DNA from: Xanthomonas campestris pv. campestris str. ATCC 33913
GTDB lineage: Bacteria; Pseudomonadota; Gammaproteobacteria; Xanthomonadales; Xanthomonadaceae
Direction of reading: 5' to 3'
Assembly: GCF_000007145.1 (NCBI RefSeq)
Contig: NC_003902.1
Span: forward strand, 30,001 to 62,000
DNA: 32,000 nt
A program made the translations under genes and the position numbers. The notes beneath the pieces are model-generated. The model worked only from the letters and a program-made list of their open reading frames with translations. It had not been told where the DNA came from and did not search any database. Each line of letters begins with the position of its first letter. The stretch's first letter is position 1. Shown here piece after piece: positions 23,055 through 30,882 of this stretch.

Positions 23055-23945
23055 ATGGCTCTGCTGGACGAACTGCGCGCCATGGCGATCTTCGCCACGG
23101 TGGTCCGCTGTGGCAGTTTCGCCGCGGCCGCGCGCGAACTTGCGCTGACCCGCGCAGTGGTCAGCCATCACGTGGGCGCGTTGGAAGCGCGCCTGGGCGT
23201 GCCGTTGGCGTACCGCAGTACGCGCAGCTTCAGCCTGACCCCGGCGGGCGAGGCGTTTCGCGTGCATTGCGAGCGCTTGCTCGACGAAGCCTCGGACGGC
23301 TTGCGCGGCATGGAGCTGTTGCGCGCCGAACCGCAGGGCGAAGTGCGGCTCACCTGCTCGCACCATTTCGGCAACAAACGCATCCTGCCCGCGCTGCTGG
23401 CCTTTCGCCGCCGCTACCCGGCGATCCGCCTGCACATCGCGATGGGCGATGCCAACGTGGATCTGGTGCAGCAGGGCGTGGATCTGGCGGTGCGTGCCGG
23501 CCCGCTGCCGGATTCCACGCTGTACGCGCGGCCATTGGTGCGTGAAGCCACCTTGCTGTGCGCGTCACCGGCGTATGTAAAGCGCTACGGCATGCCCACC
23601 ACGGCCGCTGCGCTCAAAGAGCATCGCTGGGTGATCTACCCGCCCAGTCAGCGGCAGACGCAGATTCAGATCGACGGCGAACGCATCGACATCCCGGTGC
23701 AGGGCGACATCGTCACCGACAGTGCGGTGTCACGGCTGGCCTTCGTGCTTGCCGGCGAAGGCATCGCGCGCCTGCCCGGCTACGATGCCGCCGCCCCGCT
23801 GGCCGCAGGCGAACTGGTGCAGGTGCTGCCGCAGGCACAGACCGCACCGCTGGAGATCTACCTGGTGCATTCGAAAAAGATCGGCCCCAGCGCCCGATTG
23901 CTGCGCGACTTTCTGCTGGAGGTGGCGCGCGAGGGTGGCTGGTAG
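23055..23945 (+). CDS. LysR family transcriptional regulator (divergent from the DJ-1/ABM operon)
   Basis: The 296-aa ORF has a wHTH (LDELRAMAIFATVVRCGSFAAAARELALTRAVVSHHVGALEARLGVPLAYRSTRSFSLTPAG) followed by a LysR effector domain. Confidence 0.88.
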   Translation: MALLDELRAMAIFATVVRCGSFAAAARELALTRAVVSHHVGALEARLGVPLAYRSTRSFSLTPAGEAFRVHCERLLDEASDGLRGMELLRAEPQGEVRLTCSHHFGNKRILPALLAFRRRYPAIRLHIAMGDANVDLVQQGVDLAVRAGPLPDSTLYARPLVREATLLCASPAYVKRYGMPTTAAALKEHRWVIYPPSQRQTQIQIDGERIDIPVQGDIVTDSAVSRLAFVLAGEGIARLPGYDAAAPLAAGELVQVLPQAQTAPLEIYLVHSKKIGPSARLLRDFLLEVAREGGW

Positions 23946-23982
23946 TGGCTAGCGGAAAAAACGCCGTGCGCCAAGGAGCCCG

Positions 23983-24584
23983 CTAGCGGGCGTGCATGTC
24001 CCACAGCTGCATGAGTTGCGTAATGGCCGCATCCATCGCCTTGAAGGTTTTGCCGTCCCTGGCGAGCGTGGATAGCCCGAGCATGAAGCTGTCGAACACG
24101 CACGTCAGCGCGGCCGCGTCGAGACCCGCTGCTAGGCTTCCATTGGCGATGGCGCGGTCCACGCACGCGCGGATGCCGGCGCGTGTGTGCGCACGCGAGC
24201 GCGTCAGCGGGGCAGAGAGCGCGGAGAACTCCGGCGACGGCGTGCTCATGACGCCAAGCGTCACCATGCAGCCCTTGGGATGGCCGCGTTCGCACTGCAT
24301 CCTGGCCGAACGGCGCAGCGCAAGCTCCACGGCCTGCTTTGGCTCAAGCGAGGTGTCCCAAAATTGAACGGTGGCAGGGAACATCCGCCGACAGCGCGGT
24401 GGTGAAGCGCTGACCTGATGACCATTTGCACGCGGGCAACGCAGCAAGCCCGCAGTGGATGTAGCAAATAGTGCCTTCCAGTTAGAGAGCCTTTGCAAAA
24501 CAGGCAGGCATCGAACCCGTGGTTTCTTTCGCGCGCGCACGCTGCAGGGCATCTTTGACTCGCGCGTGACTTGTACTCGCCCAT
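23983..24584 (-). pseudogene. TetR/AcrR-family regulator remnant (C-terminal ligand domain intact, N-terminal HTH not in frame)
   Basis: The ORF 23983..24552 encodes a TetR_C-like region (...KGCMVTLGVMSTPSPEFSALSAPLTRSRAHTRAGIRACVDRAIANGSLAAGLDAAAL...). Upstream of it, this frame reads as non-HTH sequence. HTH-like fragments (DALQRA, ATSTAGLL, IRSALHH) are scattered across the other two frames, down from an ATG at 24584. A total span of about 200 codons fits a TetR regulator. Confidence 0.45.
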
Positions 24585-24755
24585 CCAGCCGTATTGGCCG
24601 AGGCTAGCGGAACTTAAGACCGTAGCAGTCGTTTTGCACTGCCACTGAGCAGTCGTTGCGCCACTCACGCCCGCAGGCTCGCGCACAGCAACGCCGGTCG
24701 ACCTTGCTGTCACCTCCTGCCCAAGCCCACCAACGGCACCCTGCCATCCGACCTA

Positions 24756-24802
24756 TTGACTACACCTGTCGTCAGGCCTAGCGTAGCGACAACTGTAGTC
24801 AG
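24756..24802 (+). promoter_or_regulatory. Candidate promoter plus BlaI-type operator dyad upstream of the blaI-like gene
   Basis: TTGACT (24756-24761), a 17-nt spacer, then TAGCGT (24779-24784) resembles a sigma70 promoter. The inverted repeat GACTACA (24758-24764) / TGTAGTC (24794-24800) extends imperfectly inwards (CCTGTCG / CGACAAC). It contains the TACA/TGTA half-sites typical of BlaI/MecI operators. Confidence 0.5.
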
Positions 24803-24812
24803 GGAGTCGGAC

Positions 24813-25199
24813 ATGCGCGGCAAGACCATCGGGGACCAGGAACTGGCCCTGCTGCAACACATCGAAGAACAACGGCACGCCAGCGTCGGCGAAGTGGCGG
24901 CTGCGTTCGGTGAGCCGCGCGGGCTGGCGCGCTCCACCGTGCTGACCATGATGGAGCGCCTGCGCGCCAAGGGCTTCCTGCGCCGCAAACAGGCCGGTGG
25001 CATGTACCGCTACAGCGCCACCGCCGGCCAGGACGACGTGGTGCGCGGTGCGGTGGGGCAGTTCGTGGAGAAGACCTTGCAGGGCTCGGTCTCGCCTTTC
25101 GTGGCGTGGATGTCGCAGCGCGCCGAGGTCAGCGATACCGAACTGGCCGAACTCGAAGCCCTGGTTGCCAAGCTGCAATCGCAGCGCAAGGAGGATTGA
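24813..25199 (+). CDS. BlaI/MecI/CopY-family winged-helix transcriptional repressor
   Basis: The ORF is trimmed to the ATG at 24813, which follows GGGAG. The pattern is ELALLQHIEEQRHASVGEVAAAF...ARSTVLTMMERLRAKGFLRRKQAGGMYRYSA. Its stop lies 3 nt before the M56 gene's start. Confidence 0.85.
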   Translation: MRGKTIGDQELALLQHIEEQRHASVGEVAAAFGEPRGLARSTVLTMMERLRAKGFLRRKQAGGMYRYSATAGQDDVVRGAVGQFVEKTLQGSVSPFVAWMSQRAEVSDTELAELEALVAKLQSQRKED

Positions 25200-25202
25200 G
25201 CC

Positions 25203-26915
25203 ATGTCGCCTCTGATCGAATCGCTGTTATGGAAACTCGGCGCCACCAGCGTGCAGACCGCGGTGCTGACACTGGCGGTGTGGGGGCTGTGTCGCGGGGT
25301 GAAGCGCTTGCCGGCCGCCACGCAGACCTGGCTGTGGTGGCTGGTGGGCGTGCAGGCCGTGGTGGGCCTGTTGTGGAGCAGCCCGGTGCAGCTGCCGGTG
25401 CTGCCAGCGCATCACCTGACCACTGCGCTGGGTTCGGCCGACAGCCTGGCCCCGATGGCAAACGCCGCCGCGGCATCCACGGCCGCACATGCCAGCGCCA
25501 CCGCGCAGGCGATGCAGGTCGGCGTCTGGCCCACCGTTGCGATGGCATTGCTGGCGCTGTGGGCGGCGGGCGTGCTGGTGCTGGCTGCCGGCACGGCGCG
25601 CGCCTATCTGCGCAGCCGTGCACTGGTGCGTGCGGCCGAGCCCTGCACCGACCACGCCTTGGTGCAGGCGTTGCAGATGGCCTCCGAAGCGCATGGCTTA
25701 TCGCGCCCGCCGGCCCTGCGGTTGTCATCGCAGATCGATTCGCCGCAGTTGATCGGCCCGTGGCAACCGGTGTTGCTGTTGCCTGCTGCACGTCTGCCGC
25801 ACATGGCCGATGACGATCTGGACATGGCGCTGACCCACGAGTTGATCCATCTGCGCCGTGGCGATCTGTGGTGGGGCTTGTTACCGGCATTGGCGCAGCA
25901 CCTGTTCTTCTTCCACCCGCTGGTGCATCTGGCCGCGTGCGAATATGGCATCGCCCGCGAAGCCGCTTGCGATGCTGCCGTGGTCGCCGGGCACCGCCAT
26001 TGCCGCCACGAGTACGGCCGCTTGTTGCTGCAACTGGGTGTGGCGCCGCGCCCACGCGGTGGCGTGGCGAGCGCGTCGCCCTCGTTTATCAGTTTGAAGC
26101 GCAGGCTGTCGATGTTGCAGGACACCCGCGCGTTTCCACGGCTGGCCGCCGCGATGATTTTGGCCGCAGTAGCGGTGTGCGGTGTGCTGCCGCTGCGTCT
26201 TGTGGCCAAGCCGGTACCGGTGACGTCTCCGCGCATGCAGCCGGTTGTGGTCACTGCCCCGGCAGCAGCACGCGCTGCACGCGCACAGGTCAACCCTGCA
26301 GACGCTGCAGCACCGATGACCGCGTTGCCTGCACCGGCGCTGCCGGCTGCGCCGGCGGAAGCGGCCGCCCCTGCCACGCACGGTGTCATCGCCGATGTGC
26401 TGGGTGCCGAGCCGCTGCATGACGCGGATGCGGACCCAGCGGACAGCGGCTGGAATCTCGACCTGGACCGCATCCGCCGCGATGCCACCCGTGGCGCGCA
26501 AGCCGCGGTGCACGATGCGCTCGCTGCCAACAACCAGGACCTTGAGATGCAGCAGGAGCGGATGCAGGACGCACAGGACGCATTACAGGAAGCACGCGAA
26601 CAACTGGCCTCGTTGGGCCCGGAATTGGCCCAAGCCAAACAGGACGCGCAACAGCAAGCACGCGAAGCCGAGCAACAGATTCGCGAAGTGGCACAGCAGC
26701 ATCGCCAGGCGCAATACGCGTATGCCGCTGCGGTGCGCCAAGCGGCCGCGCTGTCCCGGCAGCAGGCCGAGATGGGCAAACAGGCCGCACGTCAGGCCCG
26801 CATTGAGGCTGCGCGCGGGCAGCAGCAAGCGGCGCAAGCGCAACGGGAGGCGGCGCAAGCACAGGCAGATGCCGAACAAGCGCAAGCAGAGGCCGAACAG
26901 GCGCAAAACAACTAG
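25203..26915 (+). CDS. BlaR1-like M56 family membrane metalloprotease / signal transducer with a Pro/Ala linker and a Gln/Ala-rich coiled-coil C-terminus
   Basis: The 570-aa ORF has N-terminal transmembrane helices and the HEXXH motif in the M56 context (DLDMALTHELIHLRRGDLWW). No penicillin-binding sensor domain is visible. Instead the C-terminal ~190 aa is low-complexity and helical (…QQQAREAEQQIREVAQQHRQAQ…AQAQREAAQAQADAEQAQAEAEQAQNN). Confidence 0.85.
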   Translation: MSPLIESLLWKLGATSVQTAVLTLAVWGLCRGVKRLPAATQTWLWWLVGVQAVVGLLWSSPVQLPVLPAHHLTTALGSADSLAPMANAAAASTAAHASATAQAMQVGVWPTVAMALLALWAAGVLVLAAGTARAYLRSRALVRAAEPCTDHALVQALQMASEAHGLSRPPALRLSSQIDSPQLIGPWQPVLLLPAARLPHMADDDLDMALTHELIHLRRGDLWWGLLPALAQHLFFFHPLVHLAACEYGIAREAACDAAVVAGHRHCRHEYGRLLLQLGVAPRPRGGVASASPSFISLKRRLSMLQDTRAFPRLAAAMILAAVAVCGVLPLRLVAKPVPVTSPRMQPVVVTAPAAARAARAQVNPADAAAPMTALPAPALPAAPAEAAAPATHGVIADVLGAEPLHDADADPADSGWNLDLDRIRRDATRGAQAAVHDALAANNQDLEMQQERMQDAQDALQEAREQLASLGPELAQAKQDAQQQAREAEQQIREVAQQHRQAQYAYAAAVRQAAALSRQQAEMGKQAARQARIEAARGQQQAAQAQREAAQAQADAEQAQAEAEQAQNN

Positions 26916-27441
26916 GAGCCATCAACGACACGACGGCGCTCACGTCAGGCCGGCGCGTCCGGTGCCCGGAGCCGGCATGGACCACGCGCAGGCTCCGGCT
27001 CTGGGCGAAGCCGCTTCTCAGCGCGCCAGCTACACCGGTCGACGGCGCTCGCACCGTCTTGCCTGCCGCTGCAGCTACCGAACAGAGAAAGCCAATCGCA
27101 GCGGATTCGCTGCAGACCGCAGGTCGCGTCGGCAACCGTCTCTAGCGGCCACGCCTGTGCAACGCGTGGCGGACAGCCCCCGATCCGCTCCCGGCCGTGC
27201 ACGGCCGGCAGAGCTGCGGGAGCGGTAAGCACTGCCTGACACCAGGCACCTGCCGGCGTCGTGCGATGGCAGCGCGCCAGGCAGCACCTGCATGACACGG
27301 GCCCGCCACAGCCCGGCACTTCCCGCGTGACGACGCTGCGCAGCGTCGGCAACGCCGTGGCCGCGTGATCGCTGTTTCCTCCCCCGCCGGTGCTTTACGC
27401 AGGCGGCACCTACCGAGCTGTGACCTTCGTGGAGATCTCCC

Positions 27442-28293
27442 ATGATCCAGACCGCTTCCCCATTGCTGTGCCTACGCACCGCGTTGCTGCTGGCCATCGC
27501 CGCACTCGCCGGCCCCTCGCTGATCGCAACCGTATCCGCATCTGAACCCTCATCTGCATCGCATCCGCTTGCGTTGGCTGTGGTGCCGGCAGCGCCCGCC
27601 ATACCGGTGCCGCCAGCATCTGCGGCGTCTCCTATCGCGCCAGCAGCCATCGCGCCAACAGTGCCTTTGGCACCTGTCGCACCCACCGGGCCCAGTGCAG
27701 CAGCCCCGGCAACACCGCGTGCCAGCGCAAACGCAGCGTGCGGCAAAACCGCCGCAATCACCCAGGACGAGGGCGATGCCTATGTGTTGGTGCACGGCGA
27801 GCAGCAGGTCATGCATGGCTCACGCAGCGATCTGCAGACCGCACGTGCCTACGCCGGTAATGGCCAGCGCGTGTTGTGGTTCCGCGCCGATGGCGTGCAA
27901 TACCTGGTGCGTGATCCGGCGCTGATGCATCGGCTGAGCGCGGCACACGTCCGCAGCCGGCAACTGGCCGACGCCCAGGCCACCTTGGCGGCGCGTCAGC
28001 AGGAAGTGGGCGAGCGCCAGGCCGCACTGGCCGCGCAGCTCTCTGCGCAGACCGAGCCGCGCGCGCTTCAGGCCTCGACACGCATGCCCCCGGCCGCTGC
28101 GTCCGCATCCTCGCAGCAGGGCGCAATGCCCGACGCGCTGCAGGCGTTGGTAAAGGAGCAGCGTGCATTGGCCGACAGGCAGGCCGCGTTGGCGACCAAG
28201 CAGGCCGGTGCCTCCAAGCTCGCCACACGCGAAGCGCTAAAGGTGCTGCGCGAGGCATTGGCCCGTGGTCTGGTCACACGGGTTTCCGGTTAG
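27442..28293 (+). CDS. Secreted hypothetical protein (signal peptide, Pro/Ala-rich spacer, small globular segment, Ala/Gln coiled coil)
   Basis: The ATG at 27442 is 8 nt after GGAG. The signal peptide is MIQTASPLLCLRTALLLAIAALAGPSLIATVSA/SE. The coding strand was chosen over the overlapping antisense ORF 27075..27761 because of the RBS, the signal peptide and the ordered domain layout. Confidence 0.6.
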   Translation: MIQTASPLLCLRTALLLAIAALAGPSLIATVSASEPSSASHPLALAVVPAAPAIPVPPASAASPIAPAAIAPTVPLAPVAPTGPSAAAPATPRASANAACGKTAAITQDEGDAYVLVHGEQQVMHGSRSDLQTARAYAGNGQRVLWFRADGVQYLVRDPALMHRLSAAHVRSRQLADAQATLAARQQEVGERQAALAAQLSAQTEPRALQASTRMPPAAASASSQQGAMPDALQALVKEQRALADRQAALATKQAGASKLATREALKVLREALARGLVTRVSG

Positions 28294-28309
28294 AGCAGCT
28301 AATAAAAAA

Positions 28310-28337
28310 ACTGCGCTCACCGCCAGGCGGGCGCAGT
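28310..28337. terminator. GC-rich hairpin flanked by an A7 run (reads as a canonical intrinsic terminator on the minus strand)
   Basis: ACTGCGC (28310-16) TCA CCGCC A GGCGG GCGCAGT (28331-37), preceded by AATAAAAAAA (28301-28310, last A shared with the stem). On the minus strand this is hairpin + TTTTTTTATT. On the plus strand the hairpin lies 17 nt after the 27442..28293 stop but has no T-tail. Confidence 0.5.
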
Positions 28338-28534
28338 CGGTGCTCGGAATCGGCATGTACCCCTCGCACACGCCGGTTCTGAGCGCGCCGCCCACACCCG
28401 CCTGACGACCGCTCGCTACGTTGTGTCAGCCGCGCCTGGTCGCACCGTCTCGCCATCGTGCGTGGGCAAGCCGGACGCGCTGGTGCCGGTCTGCTCGCCG
28501 ATACTGTGCAACAGGCGCAGACGGCGAGCGGACA

Positions 28535-29665
28535 ATGACGTACCGGGTGGTGGTGTTGGGGGGCTTCGGGCATTTCGGCGCACGCATCGTGCGGGCGCTG
28601 GCGGCAACGGCGCAACTGCAGGTGATCGCGGCGGGACGGCATCCCGGCGATGTGGCGGCCCGGTGGCCGGATGTGGCGCCCGGTCGCATCGCGTGCTGTC
28701 GCCTGGATATCGACGCAAGCGATTTTGCCGCGCAATTGGCGGCCACTGCCGCCGATGCGGTAGTGCATACCGCAGGCCCGTTCCAGGGCCAGGATTACGC
28801 CGTGGCGCACACCTGCCTGCAGGCCGGCATGCACTACATCGACCTGGCCGACGGCCGCGCGTTCGTTCGCGATTTCCCCGCGGCAATGGATGCAGTGGCA
28901 AGGCAAGCGCAGCGTGTGGCCATCAGTGGCGCCAGCACCTTGCCCGCGCTGTCGAGTGCCGTCATCGATGCCTTGCTGCCGCGTTTTTCGGCGTTGCATG
29001 GCATCCGCATGGTGATCGCGCCCGCGCAAGGCACACCGCTTGGCCTGGCCACCGTGCGTGCGGTGTTGTCGTACTGCGGCACGCCGTTCGACTGGTGGCA
29101 CGACGGCCGCTGGCAAACGGTGGTGGGCTGGGCCAGACCCACGCCCGTGCAGTTCGCGCAGCTCGCGCCGCGGCTTGCGTCGCCATGCGATGTGCCCGAT
29201 CACGATCTGCTGCCGCTGCGCTATCCCGGCGTGCAGAGCGTGCAGTTTCGCGCAGCGTTGGAGGTGCCATTCCTGCAGCGCTGCCTGGCCGTTGTCGCCT
29301 GGCTGCGTCATCACGGTGTGCCATTGCCGATGGCGCGCCTGGCCGAGGTGTTTGCACGTGTGGCACGCTGGTTTGATCGCTTCGGCACCGACCTGGGTGG
29401 CATGCGCGTGGAGCTGCGTGGCACAAGCCATCCCCGGACCGGCGATCCCCGGCCGCTGCAACTGCAGTGGGACCTCACCGCCCCGATGCTGCACGGCCCG
29501 GAAATCCCGTGTTTCGCCGCGATCCTGCTGGTACGCAAACTTGCCGAAGGGCAGGCGTTACCGATCGGCGCGCATGCCTGCATGGGCTTGTTGACCCTGG
29601 CCGAATTCGAGCAGGAGTTTGCAGCGTGGCAGATGGAGACCGAGGTGTCGGACGTGCGTGTCTGA
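28535..29665 (+). CDS. Saccharopine dehydrogenase-like NAD(P)-binding protein
   Basis: The ORF is trimmed to the ATG at 28535, which gives MTYRVVVLGGFGHFGARIVRAL (a Rossmann GxGxxG at the extreme N-terminus). The following ...VVHTAGPFQGQDYAVAHTCLQAGMHYIDLADG is typical of the Sacchrp_dh_NADP family. Confidence 0.75.
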   Translation: MTYRVVVLGGFGHFGARIVRALAATAQLQVIAAGRHPGDVAARWPDVAPGRIACCRLDIDASDFAAQLAATAADAVVHTAGPFQGQDYAVAHTCLQAGMHYIDLADGRAFVRDFPAAMDAVARQAQRVAISGASTLPALSSAVIDALLPRFSALHGIRMVIAPAQGTPLGLATVRAVLSYCGTPFDWWHDGRWQTVVGWARPTPVQFAQLAPRLASPCDVPDHDLLPLRYPGVQSVQFRAALEVPFLQRCLAVVAWLRHHGVPLPMARLAEVFARVARWFDRFGTDLGGMRVELRGTSHPRTGDPRPLQLQWDLTAPMLHGPEIPCFAAILLVRKLAEGQALPIGAHACMGLLTLAEFEQEFAAWQMETEVSDVRV

Positions 29666-29760
29666 GGACACGCTGTGCACGAGCGCTGCAGACGCACGAA
29701 TCACCACTGTGCGCAACACCTAGCACCAGTAGGTCACAACCAACGTGCAAGCGAGTAGAG

Positions 29761-29794
29761 CCCCTCTCCCCACGGGAGCGGGGTGAGGGTAGGG
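29761..29794. repeat. REP-like GC-rich palindromic element, copy A
   Basis: CCCCTCTCCCC-ACG-GGAGCGGGG hairpin followed by TGAGGGTAGGG. Confidence 0.6.
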
Positions 29795-29938
29795 CCGCTA
29801 AAGATCTCAACGTCCTCCATCAACCACGCGCAACGTTGTTGCCATCACATGCAGCATGTAACGCGCTGCAGACGACTGTACAAACGAAATAGTATGGTTT
29901 GGCGCTATTGCAGATGCGCCGGCGATTGCGAATGGGCG

Positions 29939-29984
29939 AGGGTACGTACCCTCACCCCAACCCCTCTCCCGAGGAGAGAGGGGC
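29939..29984. repeat. REP-like GC-rich palindromic element, copy B (inverted relative to copy A)
   Basis: It begins with the perfect palindrome GAGGGTAC/GTACCCTC. CCCTCACCCC follows, then the hairpin CCCCTCTCCC-GAG-GAGAGAGGGG. The CCCTCACCCC + hairpin part matches the reverse complement of copy A. Confidence 0.6.
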
Positions 29985-30083
29985 TTTAGGGCGCTGCGCG
30001 TCCATACACACGGCCAATGATCAGCTTGCAGCGCCGCAGCAGGTGTCGTTACACGCACAACAGATGGCCCTACGCACTCAACT

Positions 30084-30872
30084 TCACACCTCGCGGAGCG
30101 TACGAAACGCATACATGTCGTTGAACGTGCAGAAGTGGAAACGCGGCACAGTGATCGGGCCGGCGGCAGCCAGGCGCTTCAGCCACACGCCCACCGCAGC
30201 GTGGTAGTCCGCCTGTTCGTCGGCATCGAGCGTTTCGCACAGATAGGCCAGCGAGATGTGGAACCGGTAGTGGCTGTAGTCCGGGCGCTGCAGCAGCGTC
30301 AGCGCCATCAGGCCCTTGCGCGCCGTCTCCAGCCGCTGCGCGGTGGCCGCATCGGCAGGCAGCAACGGAATCAGCAGATTGTCGTTGCTGCCGGTCATGG
30401 CCGCGGTGGGGTCGACCACAAACCGGCACGCCCCCAGCGGCGTGGTGTTGCGCTGCTGCAACCGCGACAGGAAGCTGGCGTTGATGTCGGCCAGCGCAGC
30501 ATCGCGCGCCAGATCGCTCGGCCACGGCCCGTGCGCGCGGTCGGTTTCATTGACCCCGCCCAGCAAGGTCACGTGATAGCTGCTGGGCGGCAGCACGGCG
30601 AGCTTGTTGGCAAAGCCGTGCTCGGGCAGCTCGCGGTAGATGTCCAGCACCCGGTCGAAGCTGGCGTAGCCATCGCCCTGCTGCTCGAGATGGCCGACAA
30701 ACGTGTTGCCGGCAAACGGCATCGGCCGCCTGGAGCGCAGGAACTTGCGGCCCACATCCGCAGGCGGCGCTGCACCGGCAAGCGAGGGTAGTGCGGTTGC
30801 CAGCAACGAGGCGCCGGCGGCGCCGGTGAGCAGGCGACGGCGGCTGAAGGTGGTATCCAGACATGACGACAT
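30084..30872 (-). CDS. Tat-signal protein of the 2H phosphoesterase (LigT / DUF1868-like) superfamily
   Basis: The ATG at 30872 follows GAGGAG. The twin-arginine signal is FSRRRLLTGAAGASLLATALPSLAGA. There are two H-x-T/S-x motifs in hydrophobic contexts: SSYHVTLLGG (His100) and YRFHISLAYL (His205). Confidence 0.65.
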   Translation of the reverse strand: MSSCLDTTFSRRRLLTGAAGASLLATALPSLAGAAPPADVGRKFLRSRRPMPFAGNTFVGHLEQQGDGYASFDRVLDIYRELPEHGFANKLAVLPPSSYHVTLLGGVNETDRAHGPWPSDLARDAALADINASFLSRLQQRNTTPLGACRFVVDPTAAMTGSNDNLLIPLLPADAATAQRLETARKGLMALTLLQRPDYSHYRFHISLAYLCETLDADEQADYHAAVGVWLKRLAAAGPITVPRFHFCTFNDMYAFRTLREV

Positions 30873-30882
30873 GCTTAGCTCC

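Noticed and set aside
27075-27761. The 228-aa minus-strand ORF overlapping the start of the secreted-protein gene.
   Set aside because: It has no RBS. Its Ala/Gly-rich translation mirrors the Pro/Ala codons of the plus-strand gene, and the plus-strand gene has an RBS, a signal peptide and an ordered domain layout.
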